The notes beneath the pieces are model-generated. The model was not told the origin of the DNA. It made no database searches and was given only the letters and a program-made list of their open reading frames with translations. A program made the position numbers and the translations under genes. 64,000 nt of DNA from Octopus vulgaris (taxonomy: Eukaryota): assembly GCA_951406725.2 (NCBI GenBank), contig OX597816.1, forward strand, positions 23,126,001-23,190,000. The letters run 5' to 3'. Positions 1 to 14,299 of this stretch are shown here, in pieces. The stretch's first letter is position 1; each line of letters starts with the position of its first letter.

Positions 1-374
1 GTAGCGACCCTTGTTGTACTCTTTCGCCACAACTTTTTCTCAATCTCTCTTCCTTGTTTTTTGAGTTACGCTACGATGGACTGGCGTCCCGTCCAGCTGG
101 GGGAACACATACGACACAGAAAGCGGGAAACAGGGCCCATGAGCCTAGCTAGGCTTGAAAAGGGCGACGTTATATATATATATTTTTTTTGTTGTCCGAA
201 AAAAGTTCGTTTTCCATGTTTTTCTTGTTTTTTATATTCTCGTTTTTCACTTTGTTAACGTTTTTGTGACGTCCTTTACCCATATATACATGCATATATA
301 CATATATATATATTTATTATTATATTATTAAATGATCGAAGCCACGCATCCATTTCCCAGTAAGCATATATATA

Positions 375-450
<76 letters not shown>

Positions 451-451
<1 letters not shown>

Positions 452-668
452 GAGGTGATGCTGAACAGTTACTGGCTTTGGGTAAAAAAAATACATAAGT
501 ATCAGTTAAGTATGAATTTATTCACCATGTTCCTCTCTCTCTGGTTCACACACTTATTGCAGCGGTCCTTCAGTTTTTCTGATCCCTTTAAAATAACTCG
601 GAATGTTGGGCCTCTCACCAGGCGTTTCGAGACACTCTTAGAGCCAGGAACCTTTCTCCAACCCCTTG
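451..668. mobile_element. Mariner-type MITE, diverged
   Basis: Imperfect TIRs cgaggtgatgctgaacagttactggct / agccaggaacctttctccaaccccttg, followed by TA. Confidence 0.65.
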
Positions 669-1387
669 TATATGTGTGTATGCGTATGTATGTATACATG
701 CATGTATGTATGTGTATACGTATGTGAGTGTGTGTGCGCTGTATATGTATATATATATATATATATATAAACATGATGTATATGATTGAATTTTATGAAT
801 GTGTGAGTGCACGTATATATAATTATTAAGTCAAGTTACAAAAACAGAGAAAATCAACTCAAACATTCTCTGACAAGCATATATACTGACTTATATTGAT
901 AGATCAATTTTCGACTTTAGCATTCAGTTCTTTAATTTTTATTTACTTATTTTTCTCCTTTTAAATAGATGAAGCATCATTATGATTTTAGAACACGCTT
1001 TTCTATCATTTAGCCCTATCATTTTACTTATTACGTTAACATCTTTTTGTTTCCATAAATATGTAAACGTGTTTTTGTTTGTTATTCGTTATTTCTTTCT
1101 CTTCTCCCGTGTCATAACGTAAGCGATATATAATAAAATACACCATAAAATAAACTAAGCATATTGATTCAATATCAATAAAGAAAATGTTAGTTTCTAG
1201 GTGATAGATTGTACTTAGAAAAAATTGAGACACTCCGTAAGGCCCCATTAATCACCAAAAATACAAAAACTGTTTTGGTGCAGCTATTGAATTTTGTCAA
1301 AGTAAAGATAATGTTTTTGTTATTTTTGATGGTATTAGGAGGTGCTGTTAGGAGATACTTCAAGTCGCCAATTCAGTCTTTACAAAA

Positions 1388-1862
<475 letters not shown>

Positions 1863-3849
1863 AGCCGATCGATAATAAGCTAATAGATATTTTTACTTCA
1901 ATAACTTATGGGACATGTCTTGTATACACATTTAGATATTAAATGTAGGAGAAAAAAAAAAGACAAAAATCACATTTTATGAGACATAAACCCTACAGAG
2001 TTGAGAGTTCGAACGCCTGTAAAACTGTGATTCTTACTGTTTAATTTCTTTATGTGTGTTTGTGTGTGTCTGTTTAGTGATTTTATTTTAAATATAAGTA
2101 GTAAAATTTACCACGTTCCCCACAAAATAATAGTCGAACAAAAACAAATATTTGAGATTTTTACGTTTAAATCATTCTAGCAATAATGAAGATTTATAGA
2201 TTATTGACTTTCTGTTCGATTGCAGCCAAAAGTTGATCGCTTCCCAGGTTCAAAGAACTACCGACCCTCCCTAAATACATCAAACCAATAAGGAACATCA
2301 ATAAATACATAGAAAAAATGGAAGAATAATGACTTTGATATTGCAAACAAGGCCGCAAATTTTTGATGTTGCGTGGAATCAATGGCAGTTTAGTGCTTTA
2401 CCACTCATTTATATTAACTCTCTCTCTCCCCCACTCTCCCTCTGTCACTCACTCTCCCACACATACATAACCTATGTATATATATATATATGCACACAGA
2501 CACACGCGTGTGTATGTGTGTATGTGTGTGTACGAGTGTGTATGTATATTAACGGTTATGTTTTATATATAGGCGATTATACTTAACATTGAAACAGTAA
2601 CTGTAAAAGCAATGAAATCCTACATATAAAGTATAAATATATTTTTTTCAAGGAAAATTTAAAAGAGGGTGGCCACCGAATAAAATTTAAAATAACTGCT
2701 ATCAAATATTACTTGTAAATACATTTGTGGGTGTTAGTGTATATCTGTGTGAGTGTGGGAGGGACGTGTGTTATACAGCAGCTCCGTGTCGCTAGGAATA
2801 CGGTGTTCAGTACAAGCTTGCATGTAATAGCTCTGGAACTGTTAGTAACTAATCGAGTCGCTGTTCTGCGACGATAATTTTAATACCACATGAAATAAAT
2901 TTAAAGCGAATTTTAATTTTGTGAATTATTAAACGACCAGAATGTTTTTTTTTTCTTCTTTTGTTTTTTTCACCATGTAATTGCTACAGTTTCAACACTA
3001 TGTCACAAACCAACTAATTTTGCTGGAAAAGCATAACTCTGAAATTATCGATTTCAAATTTTGGTACGAGGTCAACAATTTCGGGAGAAGTGGTAAATCG
3101 ATTACATCAACACTTGTTCCCAACAGGGACTTATTTTATCGACTGCGAAATGATAAAATGTAAAGTCGACCTCAGCCGAATTAGAACTCAGAACGTAAGG
3201 ACGAATCAAAAACCGCTAAGCATTTTGCCCGGCGTACTAACGATTCTGCCAGCTCACCGCAAAAGAGACCGATAGAATAAATACTAGGCTTCCAAATAAT
3301 AAGTCCTGGGGTCGATTTGCTCGACTAAAGGCGGTGCTCCAGCATGGCCGCAGTCAAATGACTGAAAGAAGTAAAAGAGTAAAAGAGTATATGTATATAT
3401 ATATATATGCACATACCTACATATATATGTATATATGCATGTATATATGGGTAAAGGACGTCAAAAAAACGTGAACAAAATGAAAAACGAGAACATAAAA
3501 AACAACAAATACATGGAAAGTGAACTTTTTCGGACATCCATAGAAACAAATATAGAAACGAGACAGGCAACATAAAGAACAATCCCTTCAGCGGTTGTCC
3601 CCTTTTTTATCTACTCCGCATTTTCGAAGGTTAGGACAAGACGCGACTTCGTTAAAACAGTCCTTCCCGCAAAACAAATTAATAAAATTGATCATGTTTT
3701 TCTATTTCCACACCCTACATCCAATTTATTTTAATTTCAAAACATTTATGAATTGTACCATTTCTTGTCAAGTGGTGTTTTCGTTACAAGTTGGCGAAAT
3801 ATCTATCTGAGTACAGGTTTGTTTCGAACCTTGGCGGCTACATCTGGAC

Positions 3850-4700
3850 GCTTTTCATTGGTCTGTTTCTTGTTTCTGGTCATGGACGATCCAGGTGACT
3901 GTTGCCAGGTAGTGTCACATACATTGTTCGATATATGTTTATACCACGTCAATATATTTTTATATTACTCGATGGAAAAACCTGCTAAGTTCATCACGAA
4001 TTACAGTAGCCAGTCAGGAACTCATAAACGCTTTCAGACTTACAAACATATGTAAAGACCCTGGCATTGATAAAATTCTTAAGTTGTGACTGAAGTACAT
4101 AACCAGTGCCTAGAATGTGTAACAGCAGTAATCATGGAACAGGTAACATGGTCAGTATCAATACCCCTGAATAGTTGCTCAGAAGTAAAAACATTATTAA
4201 TTTCAGTAGAAAACGCTAAGTCTGATCTATAGTTTGTTTCGCAACAACATAAACAGCCCTAACATCTGTAATTTTTAACGGTCTGGCTGCTAATTCGGAA
4301 ACCAAATAATACCTTCGAGAAGGATGCCATGTAAAATAATGTATGGCTGTAAAGAGTATCCATTGGAAAACAGAGTAATTATAAACGATAATAAATAGAA
4401 GGCAACGTGCTTAGTATGGCATCGAGTGGTTATCGAAAAGCTTTTGATAAAATACCATAATATCGAATATGGAAAATATCCCACCTATGTAAGGCGGTGC
4501 CAATTTTAGCATGGTGTATCATCCATGCAGTGCTAAAGTATGTAGTGATGATACATGCAGAAGCCAAGCGATTCCACTGAAAACCAACATTATAACCATT
4601 GAGAACAGAAGCCAATCAAGGAGACTCTAATTATTTCTTCTCTACATACCTCAAACTGTATTAACACTTTTAAAGAATGATGCGCCTATGGCTAAAAGTG
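3850..4700 (-). mobile_element. Very degenerate LINE RT remnant
   Basis: Only traces remain (LSKAF, LTWYKHIS) with many stops. Confidence 0.35.
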
Positions 4701-4854
4701 TTTCAGATAGATTATATGGCATCTTGAACAAAGTCTATTTTCAATGCACACTACTAAGGTTGAATAAGTGACAGATTGAGTAATACAAACAATATGATAT
4801 AGACAGCGAAATCAGACTGTAATTGAACCCCCTATGTATGACGGCGCATATGAT

Positions 4855-4909
<55 letters not shown>

Positions 4910-5139
4910 ATGTATGTATATACTCTTACTCTTTAGTCTTTTACTTGTTTCAGTCATTTGACTGCAGCCATGCTGGAGCACCGCCTTTAATCGAGCAACT
5001 CGACCCCGGGACTTATTCTTTTTGTAAGCCCAGTACTTATTCTATCGGTCTCTTTTTGCCGAACCGCTAAGTGACGGGGACGTAGACACACCAGCATCGG
5101 TTGTCAAGTAATGCTAGGGGAACAAACACAGACACATAA

Positions 5140-5184
<45 letters not shown>

Positions 5185-6101
5185 CATATATACGACAGGC
5201 CTCTTTCAGTTTCCGTCTACCAAATCTACTCACAAGGCATTGGTCGGCCCGGGGCTATAGCAGAAGACACTTGCCCAAGATGCCACGCAGTGGGACTGAA
5301 CCCGAAACCATGTGGTTGGTTAGCAAGCTACTTACCACACAGCCACTCCTACGCCTATATATACAAATGTTAATATTTCTAATTCTCTCTAAAGAAGACT
5401 ACGGCAGCGGTACTGGATATTAATAGTTATTGCCAAGTTAACATGACAGTCCAGAAAAATTGAACGAATGCTGCCGTTGATTAGCTCCAAGAGGCCATCG
5501 CCTCTAGCTAGTTATGTGACACACGAACATGTGTCCATTATAACCTTCGAACAGGGGAAGTCAGCCGCTTCCCCTTGCTGGTCTGCCATCTACAGATTAG
5601 TTTCAGGGTATTTGCCCCTTATCAGATAACGGGCAAATACCCTGAAACTAGTCTTATCTGATAAGGCCTCGCTTCTGAAGACAGCGTCTACTTCCCAGTC
5701 CTCAAAGCGAGCTCCTTGCTTGCGTCTGTTCCATTTACTGTGTGCCCAGGTATAGTATTTCTCTCTACGATAATCAAGAAGATAACAGGCAATAATAAGT
5801 TGTCCGGAACAGTTTATTTTAACGAGATACCTCTTGAAATCACTTGATGAGAAACATGTACACCGAGGGATACAGCCAAACCAGCTATGCCCAGTTATGC
5901 AGTATCCCACCTGCGAGGAATCAATATCAGATGGGTCGAAACGATTGTAGTGATCAGTAAAGGTTCTCATATCGTCCTTCTTCAGTCTCTCTCATTGAGT
6001 ACATACCCAGTGAACGTGCTCTACCGACAATTTTACCACGTGTATACAATTCGATTTTTTAACTACTATATATATGTGTGTGTGTGTGTGTGTGTGCATA
6101 C

Positions 6102-6152
<51 letters not shown>

Positions 6153-6789
6153 ATACACATTCAGGTGTAGTGAATCTGTATAGATACAACGCGTAAAAGA
6201 GAAAAAACGTTAGAAAAAATATCAATACAGAAGAGTCACATAAATATCGAAACTTAAATTTAATATTTTGTAACAAATAAGGTGGCATATATACAATAGC
6301 CAACTGTGTTATAAAGTCCATAATATACCGGAAGTTAGGTTAGTTTAAAACGTTGATCAAAAACGCCAGTTAACTACTAAAAGTGTCCGAAAGGTGATAT
6401 AGTTTAGTATATGCATATCTGTAGAAATGTAGCCAAGCTACGCTACCGATACATGTAGAAAACAACAAAACAGTAACAACAGTGGGACTGGAAAAATATT
6501 TAGAAGTTAAGGTAATAGGAAACTGTCTATTATGATGTGATAACAAGAAAACATTCTCTTCTCTCTATAATGTAAAACAGTGATGTAACTTGAAGCGAAC
6601 TCCTAAGGAAAACGGTTTATATAAAAACAAATCAGCAGAAAATCTTTTAAAACATGGAGAGAAAACCTGTATCATTGCCAATCCCCTACAATAGTCGACA
6701 AACAAGTAGTGAACTAGAGGGAAAGCCGATAAGCGAATTCTAATATTTGCCATACAGGGTTTATTTGTTTTATTTTGCAATTTCTGTTT

Positions 6790-8050
6790 CTTAACATTGT
6801 TTAACCTCCATTTTATCTTTTAGATGTTTCGCGATTTCTGTTGTTCGTGTTTGTCATTTTGCTTCATGTCTTCATGACTATCTGTAATTGCAGCATCTGT
6901 TTTTGTATTTCTTGGCATGTCTAAAGATAGAAAACTCTTTCCTTCTTTCTTCCTTGTTTGTTTGGGTTTTTTTTTTTTACGTAGCAATGGTTCCCTACCA
7001 GATATATTTGTAGTTCTGTGATGAATATTTTGAAACAGTTTTCTAGTTGAATAAGGCCGTCACTACCTCGTATTCGTGATAAACCTAATATTTCTATATC
7101 ATGTATAAAACTGTGTCTTTCTAAACGCAGTCGATATTTTCCTTGTTTTCCTGTCCACTTTTCTTAGCTTGTTCTGTGGTTCAATTGAAAACATTATAAG
7201 TGCTATTTAATACTGGAACATCCAAAGTATTGATGCCTATTACCCTATTTTAGCTCTGTTTTAACTATTTATCTAATGCGTCTTCAAAAGTCCTTCGTCT
7301 CCACTTATATGCGTTGCGCATTGCTCTTTCATTAACTCCTGAGTATTTGGATATTTGTGTTTGGTATAATTTTCTTATCTCAGTCCTTTTATCTGACACA
7401 AAATTAATGTTCTTAATTAATTTTACTTTCTTCGAGTTCACCTTGGTACACTTTTCTATGGCGAATCATATATCGATTTACTTGTTAACTCTACGTACTG
7501 TCTCTAGTAGTAATTCTATTTGTTTATCATATAGAACAAACGTGAGCTTATCCATATAAAGAATATGGTTGATTGTTCTACCGTAGCATTTGTATCTAGT
7601 TCCGTCCTTGTTTAACATTAACCCTTTTAAAAAATGGGGGATTGGAAAGAGGGAATCCATTTATAATATAAATGGAGCAAGGTTTAGTAACCATAATTCT
7701 TTTCTTCTATAATGAAAAAACTGTTTGGCTTATAAGTTTCTTGTTTTTTCTGTTACTAATGCTAACTTTCATGCGACCATAATTTTCAAAAGCTTTCTAG
7801 TAGTAAATCCATGAACATTTGCAGCATTCTCTTGCTCTTTTCTTAGAAAGAGATTATTTTATCTAATAGCATGAGGCTATTAACGTTAATGCTTCGTTGA
7901 TTGCAGGAATACACATAATAGTCATGTCATTTTCACGAAAGGCTGTGATTTCTGCAGCTTCGAAAATTAAGCTGGTGTTTCTGTTTACTGCGTCAATTAG
8001 GTGTTGTCTCTGATTCAGTCAGCTTTATTTCTTAGTATTGTTTAACTTCT
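6790..8050 (-). mobile_element. R4/Dong-clade non-LTR retrotransposon, degraded RT region
   Basis: Fragments YKCYGRTINHILYMDKLTF (YMDD motif degenerate), FAIEKCTK, KYSGVNE, IGINTLDVPVLNSTYNV and DIEILGLSRIRGSDGLIQLENCFK, in the expected order with stops and frameshifts. Confidence 0.75.
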
Positions 8051-8957
8051 GTGCTAGCACCATATGTGTCCACGTTAAATGTTTTGTCCAAACGTCAGAA
8101 CCCCAGTGGTGTATTCGTTTCTATATTTCTAGCATCTCCGATACTTCTGTTATGGACACCCACAGTGGATAACTGGTACTTAATGTATCAACCCCGAAAG
8201 GATGAAAGGCAAAGTAGACCGCGGAGGAATTTGAACTCAGGAAGTAATGACAGACGAAATACCTATTGCTTTACTACCAACAAGGGGCTAAACACAGAGA
8301 AGACAAACAAGGACAGACAAACGGATTAAGTCGATTATATCGACCTCAGTGCGTAACTGGTACTTAATTTATCGACCCCAAAAGGATGAAAGGCAAAGTC
8401 GACCTCGGCGGAATTTGAACTCAGAACGTAACGGCAGACGAAATACCGCTAAGCATTTCGCCCGGATTGCTAACGGTTCTGCCAGCTCATCACGTTAAAA
8501 GTGTTGTCCAGAAGTCGGAACCCCAGTGGTATATTCGTTTCTATATTTCTAGCATCTCCGATACTTCTGTTATGGACAGACACATATTTTCTAATGATCG
8601 TTTGTTCCTTCTCTAGCCATGCCTGGCACATAAGGACCAGTTTCCCGGTTTCATTGGCGAATAGGTTCCGCACCTGGGGGACGCCGGTCCGTCTCAGGTG
8701 AGTTGCTAGATGCAGAAGGAAAAGGTGAGAGAAAGAGTCAGCAGAAGTTCGCCATTACCTTCTGCCGGAGCCACGTGGAGGTGAGCTGTTTCGTTCATAA
8801 ACAAACACATGACCCGGTCTGAGATTCGAACCCGTGCTCCCTCGACTGCGAGTCCGCTGTTCTAATCACTATGTCATGTGTTATTTTGATCAATCTTTCC
8901 CGCAGTGACCCCTAGCTGCCACTACTGCTCCTCATGAGTCCTCTAATTTTCATACTA

Positions 8958-9098
8958 TTAGGTTGTCCCAAAAGTTCGTAAACACTTGCGAAAATTGAAT
9001 TTTTACTCGCCAAGTACTAACAAAAACAACAAAAATTATTCCTCAAAATAAAGACCATTATTTTCCAAGACTTTCTACGAACTTTTGGGACAACCTTA
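8958..9098. mobile_element. Mariner-type MITE (141 bp)
   Basis: TA-flanked TIRs ttaggttgtcccaaaagttcgta / tacgaacttttgggacaacctta. Confidence 0.85.
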
Positions 9099-10446
9099 TA
9101 TTAGTGTTACATTTATAGAATCATTTGCGCTTTAGATATTTTCTGTCGGAGGGGATTTCTTTTGTTTTTCATAGATTCTCTGGCGTTTTACACATTTATG
9201 GATTATTTGTTATTTAAAAAGGATCACTTTGACTATTTCTTTGATTTCAGATACGTTTATTTTTTTTTTTTCGTTAAGTTATATTTAGTCGTTATTTCTC
9301 TTTTCTACTCTTTTTCTTTCTTTTCAATTCTGTTGTCTTCCTATAGATTTCATAAAGAATTAATAACATTCATTCAACTATTTTCAATTTTTCTCTGTAT
9401 TTATTTTCCATGCTGTTCGATTGGGCTTTAATACTCCCATCTGAAGGGGGACCCACTTGTCTTTGTAAACAAAAAGGCTGATGCATATGTTATTTCACTT
9501 AGCCTGGTAATATCAATGATTGTATCTGGGATAATCAAGTTTGTGGTTTTTATTTATTTTAGCAGTTTCCATCGTTGAGTTTTATATTTGCTGAGAACTG
9601 CTTTGACGATCGTCATTCGTGGAGATATAATATAGTACTAATAATATACTGAGAGGATTAAAGTAACTGCCTGCTCTCCAAGCTAATGTTTCATACTCGA
9701 GCTTATCAATAAGGCAGCGAATGGGCGATAAAATTGGAAGATCATTCGACAAAAACTCTTTCTGATGTTTCATTGTTTCTCTTTACGTTCTGAGTTGGAA
9801 TCGCGTTTAATTTAAACAATAACTTTCTATGTCGACGAAACCAAATATTATTATCATTGTATCCTTGTAACTTTCTATGTTGACAAAAATAAATATTATT
9901 ATCGAAATTTGAGAAATCAGGGATTTTTCTTGGTTGATTGAGTGACATGTTGAATTTGCTGGTTCCGGGTTCAGTCCCACTGCGTGGCACCTTGGGCAAG
10001 CGTCTTCTACTATAGCCTCGGGCCGACCAAACCCTTGTGAATGGATTTGGTAGACGGAAACTGAAAGAAGCCCGTCGTATATATGTGTATATATGTATAT
10101 ATATATGTGTGTGTGTCTGTGTTTTTCCCCTAGCAACATCGCTTAACTATCGATGCTGGTTTGTTTACGTCTGATAATGGCAGGCGAAATGGCAAAATCA
10201 AGCGGCGTAATATGAATTTCAAACATATACTCTTTTACTCTTTTCCTTTTCAGTCATTTGACTGCGGCCATGCTAGAGCACCGCCTATAGTCGAGGAAAT
10301 CGACTCCAGGACTTATTATTTGTTAGCCTAGTACATATTCTATCGGTCTCTCTTGCCGAACCGCTACGTTACGTAGAGACAAACACACCAGCCTTGGTTG
10401 TCAAGCGATGCTGGAGGAACAAACACAGACACAGAAACATACACAC

Positions 10447-10506
<60 letters not shown>

Positions 10507-10689
10507 GACGGGCTTCTTTCAGTTTCCGTCTACCAAATCCACTCACAAGGCTTTGGTCGACCCGATTCTATAGTAGAAGACACCCAAGGTGCCACGCAAT
10601 GGGACTGCCACCCGGAACCATGTGGTTGATAAGCAAGCTACTTACCACATAGCGACTCTTGCGCCTATATATTATATTTATCGATAGAC

Positions 10690-10749
<60 letters not shown>

Positions 10750-12220
10750 GGATTTTCTTTTCCATTCTACATGGTGTATAAAAGTCAGACGTCTCCCCAA
10801 GCAAGTTTCATGGGATTGCTTATTTCGGCAAACAACCTAACCCTGCATTGGATATACCAGATTTCTTCTTACCAATCGTAATTATAAGTAACCTGACAAC
10901 ACATTTCAATACTAGTATTAGTATTATGAAATCACTTCGGCCAAGTTTTCTATTTACTTATGCCACATTATTAGCTATAAAGTTTATAATTTTTCACCAA
11001 GCAAATCTTTAGCACTTTTGAACATAATTCTGGAGTAGAAAAATCAGAGATTATTTTTCTTGGTTGATTATAAAGCAGACATTGCGAATAAAAGATTCTA
11101 CAACTTCCGACTGATTGTGAGTTATGGGGAATTGAATAAGTTAATAAACCGTTTAGTGAATCGAACTTTTTTATTATCAGATATAATCTTTGATATTAGT
11201 ATGAAATTTCCCTTAAATTCTATCGTCAGTCTTTATGCCGTGTAAAGAAAAATTTGCTTATGGAAAAAAAAATCATTTGATACCAAATGTTCTCTTTCAT
11301 CCCTTTATTTCTTCTCTTAATATGTTAGTTATAGTTACTAGGTGAGATTTAATATTATTAGTAACTCAGCTAAATGACCGCACTTTCGTTTTGGCTACTT
11401 TATCAAACAGTCTCTTGTTGTCATTTTAACGTGATGTGCACAGTATGATTAACAAAATGAAGTAGGTTTATACTGGTATGTGTGTATATAGGCATGTATG
11501 AATGTATGCATGCAAGCAGCTATAAATGGATGAATGGCTAAATATATGTGTCGCTAGATTACGAATATTCTAAGCACTTTTTAGTGTGTTTATGAATGTA
11601 TGGATATATGAGTGTACATCTTGTGTGCGTGCATGTGATTTATGAGTAAATTCCGCTAACTATCAGTAAACTATAATTAACATGACTCATGTTGAAGAGA
11701 TTAAATAAAAGTCAAAGCTTTTTTAATCAGGAAGCGTTTTTCCCTCCTTCATTCTGTTGTTTATCTCGTTTTTGATTTGCTATGTATTGGTGTCACAAGG
11801 ATAAGCTGTTGGCTTTAACAACTAAAACCTTTCCTTGATTAATTTACATCCTCGATTAGGCCGACAGAGTTTACACAGAGAGTTTCTAACAAGATTATAT
11901 TTTCTTTTACAATTAGTTACATTTTATTATTATTTTCTCTAAAGTTCGTTCGCCAGACATGACAGAGTTCTTGTGTTGGTGTGTAAATATTTATAAGCCA
12001 GTCGATTGGTACCTTGTGGGATGCGATTTAAGATGTGTACGTGTGATGTCACAGCGCTGTATCTCTTATTGGAGTAGGACCCCATTGTGTCTCTTAGTTG
12101 AGTTTCTTTGAGGATCTGTAATCGATGGGAATGAAATATTTTCCGGGCCTAAATAGTAGATCAAGCCATTTGAATACAATAATAAGTCTCTGAACGAGGT
12201 ATAAACAGTAGCTGCACGAC

Positions 12221-12598
12221 AATGTGAAGTATATTTGCCACTTAAATGTGGCTAACCACCAAGGGTGGGTGCTACTGTAGCTTGTAGCCACAGGAGAACA
12301 TCATCTCCAGCTGGCTGTTGACCACTGGAAAAAGGATATATGCATTTACATTGGGACCCCTTCGCATCGAAGACCGGAGATTGTCGTCCGCTGATGACAG
12401 GTAAATACACAGAAACCCGGGTCCGTGCGCATCACGCCAGGCCGATGATGGGAAGGATGGCTTCCCTTTGCAAATACTGATAGGGCACAGAAAGTGTGTC
12501 AATAGCCAGCTGGAGAAGATTTCTCCAGGTGCTACAAGCTACAGTAGCATCCACCCTTAGTGGTTAGCCACATTTAAGTGGCAAATATACTTCACATT
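12221..12598. repeat. Foldback: about 100-bp inverted arms around an about 175-bp spacer
   Basis: aatgtgaagtatatttgccacttaaatgtggctaacc... / ...ggttagccacatttaagtggcaaatatacttcacatt. Confidence 0.85.
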
Positions 12599-12898
12599 TG
12601 TATACAGTTTAAACCATTTACTACGTAGGTTTGACAGAAAATAATAAGGCATTCATGATTATTAACATTGTAGCGTTTTGGAACATTTATGACTGTTAAT
12701 TCAGATAAGAAAGTATTTGTAATGTTCCTTTCCTGTTATGGATCACAATATTGCAGTGTTATATTTATGAACTTAATGCATTATTATATAAATTAGCGTT
12801 TCTCAATTATTTTTTTCTATGGGACCCATTTGATTCCTTTTTAACTCTACTGGACCCCAATATCAAAAACAAAAGCACTAATATATTTTTATAATTAA

Positions 12899-13290
12899 GG
12901 CGTAGGAGTGGCTGCGTGGTAAGTAGCTTACTAATGAACCACATGGTTCCGGTTTCAGTCCCACTGCATTGCACCTTGGGCGAGTGTTTTCTACTATAGC
13001 CTCGAGTCGACCAAAGCCTTGTGAGTGGACTATTTGGTAGACGGAAACTGAAAGAAACCTGTCATATATATGTATGTATATATGTATGTGCGTGTATATG
13101 TTTGTGTGTCTGTGTTTGTCCCCCCAACATCGCTTGACAACCGATGCTGGTGTGTTTACGTCCCCGTAACTTAGCGGTTCGGCAAAAAAACACCGATAGA
13201 ATAAGTACTAGGCTTACAAAAAATAAGTCCAAGGGTCGATTTGCTCGACTAAAGGCGGTGCTCCAGCATGGCCACAGTCAAATGACTGAA
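12899..13290 (+). mobile_element. tRNA-derived SINE (family A, CORE-like). Other copies: about 4922-5356(-), 9960-10170(+), 10230-10665(-), 39355-39748(+), 43367-43792(+)
   Basis: Family head ggcgtaggagtggctgtgtggtaagtagc, a CORE-like ccttgggcaagt segment, an internal TA/TG microsatellite and a shared tail cagtcaaatgactgaaa. Confidence 0.85.
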
Positions 13291-14299
13291 ATAAATCCTT
13301 TCTCAATAAATGTCCGTACACTAACATAATGTGTGTTTTCTTTGTCCATGGATTAAAAAAGTATTATATATAGTGTATATGCAAAATAGTATACTTAATA
13401 TGTTTGATTCAAATTTAGTGCTCCGAGTCGTGAACAAAACTATTTCGACCAAGCCTATATCGCTGTAAGAGGCTACAACAAGGTTTTTTACATAACGTTT
13501 GTAAACAAGAAAAATAAAATCTAAATATTTCTATAGTTATCAAATTTCATCATTGGTAATTTTCTAAGAAGAAAAGTACAAATCATTTGTTCCGGTTCTG
13601 TATCACTCAATGTATAATATTTATGTAGAATTAATTTTGTTGCCATCCATAGTATTTAGAATTGTCGCCTCACCACTGAATGTATCGTGTTCATTACGGT
13701 ACGTGACACTGGAATGCGGCGAGCTTCAGAATCATTGGCATGTCGGACTAAATATTTAGCAGTATTTCTTCAAGTTCTTTACAGGAGTTCAAATCTTGCC
13801 GAGGTCACCTTTAAGCTCAATAAAATAAAGCAACAGTCAAGTCGTGGAGACGGTATAACAGGCTTGCCCTCTCCCTTTCCCACACCTTAAAACTGCCAGT
13901 CTAGGACACAGCGACGGACTGAAGCTAAATTTTGTAACTCTAATTAGAAGTGTTTATACACGCATACACACACATAATAAATATTCTAATTATAAATTTA
14001 TTATTTATACTGTCTTCCTCATTAAGTGTTGAGCAATATTTGGCGAACAAAATATTACTTGCAAGTTGTACCTCCAAATAAATATCCTACAGTAGTCATA
14101 TAGTTACATAACGAAGTCACACCACATAAGCTCTCGAGAGTCTGTGGCTGTTTCGCAATCAGTTATTTTTCATTGGATTCGATGCCAGCGCTTCACAAAA
14201 TTATTTCTATTGAAGAGAGAAACTTAGTTGTGTTGTTGATTATATTGAAGTTTTCCAGACTAATCAACTCATCTTTGTTGAGAATATTTCCATTATTTA

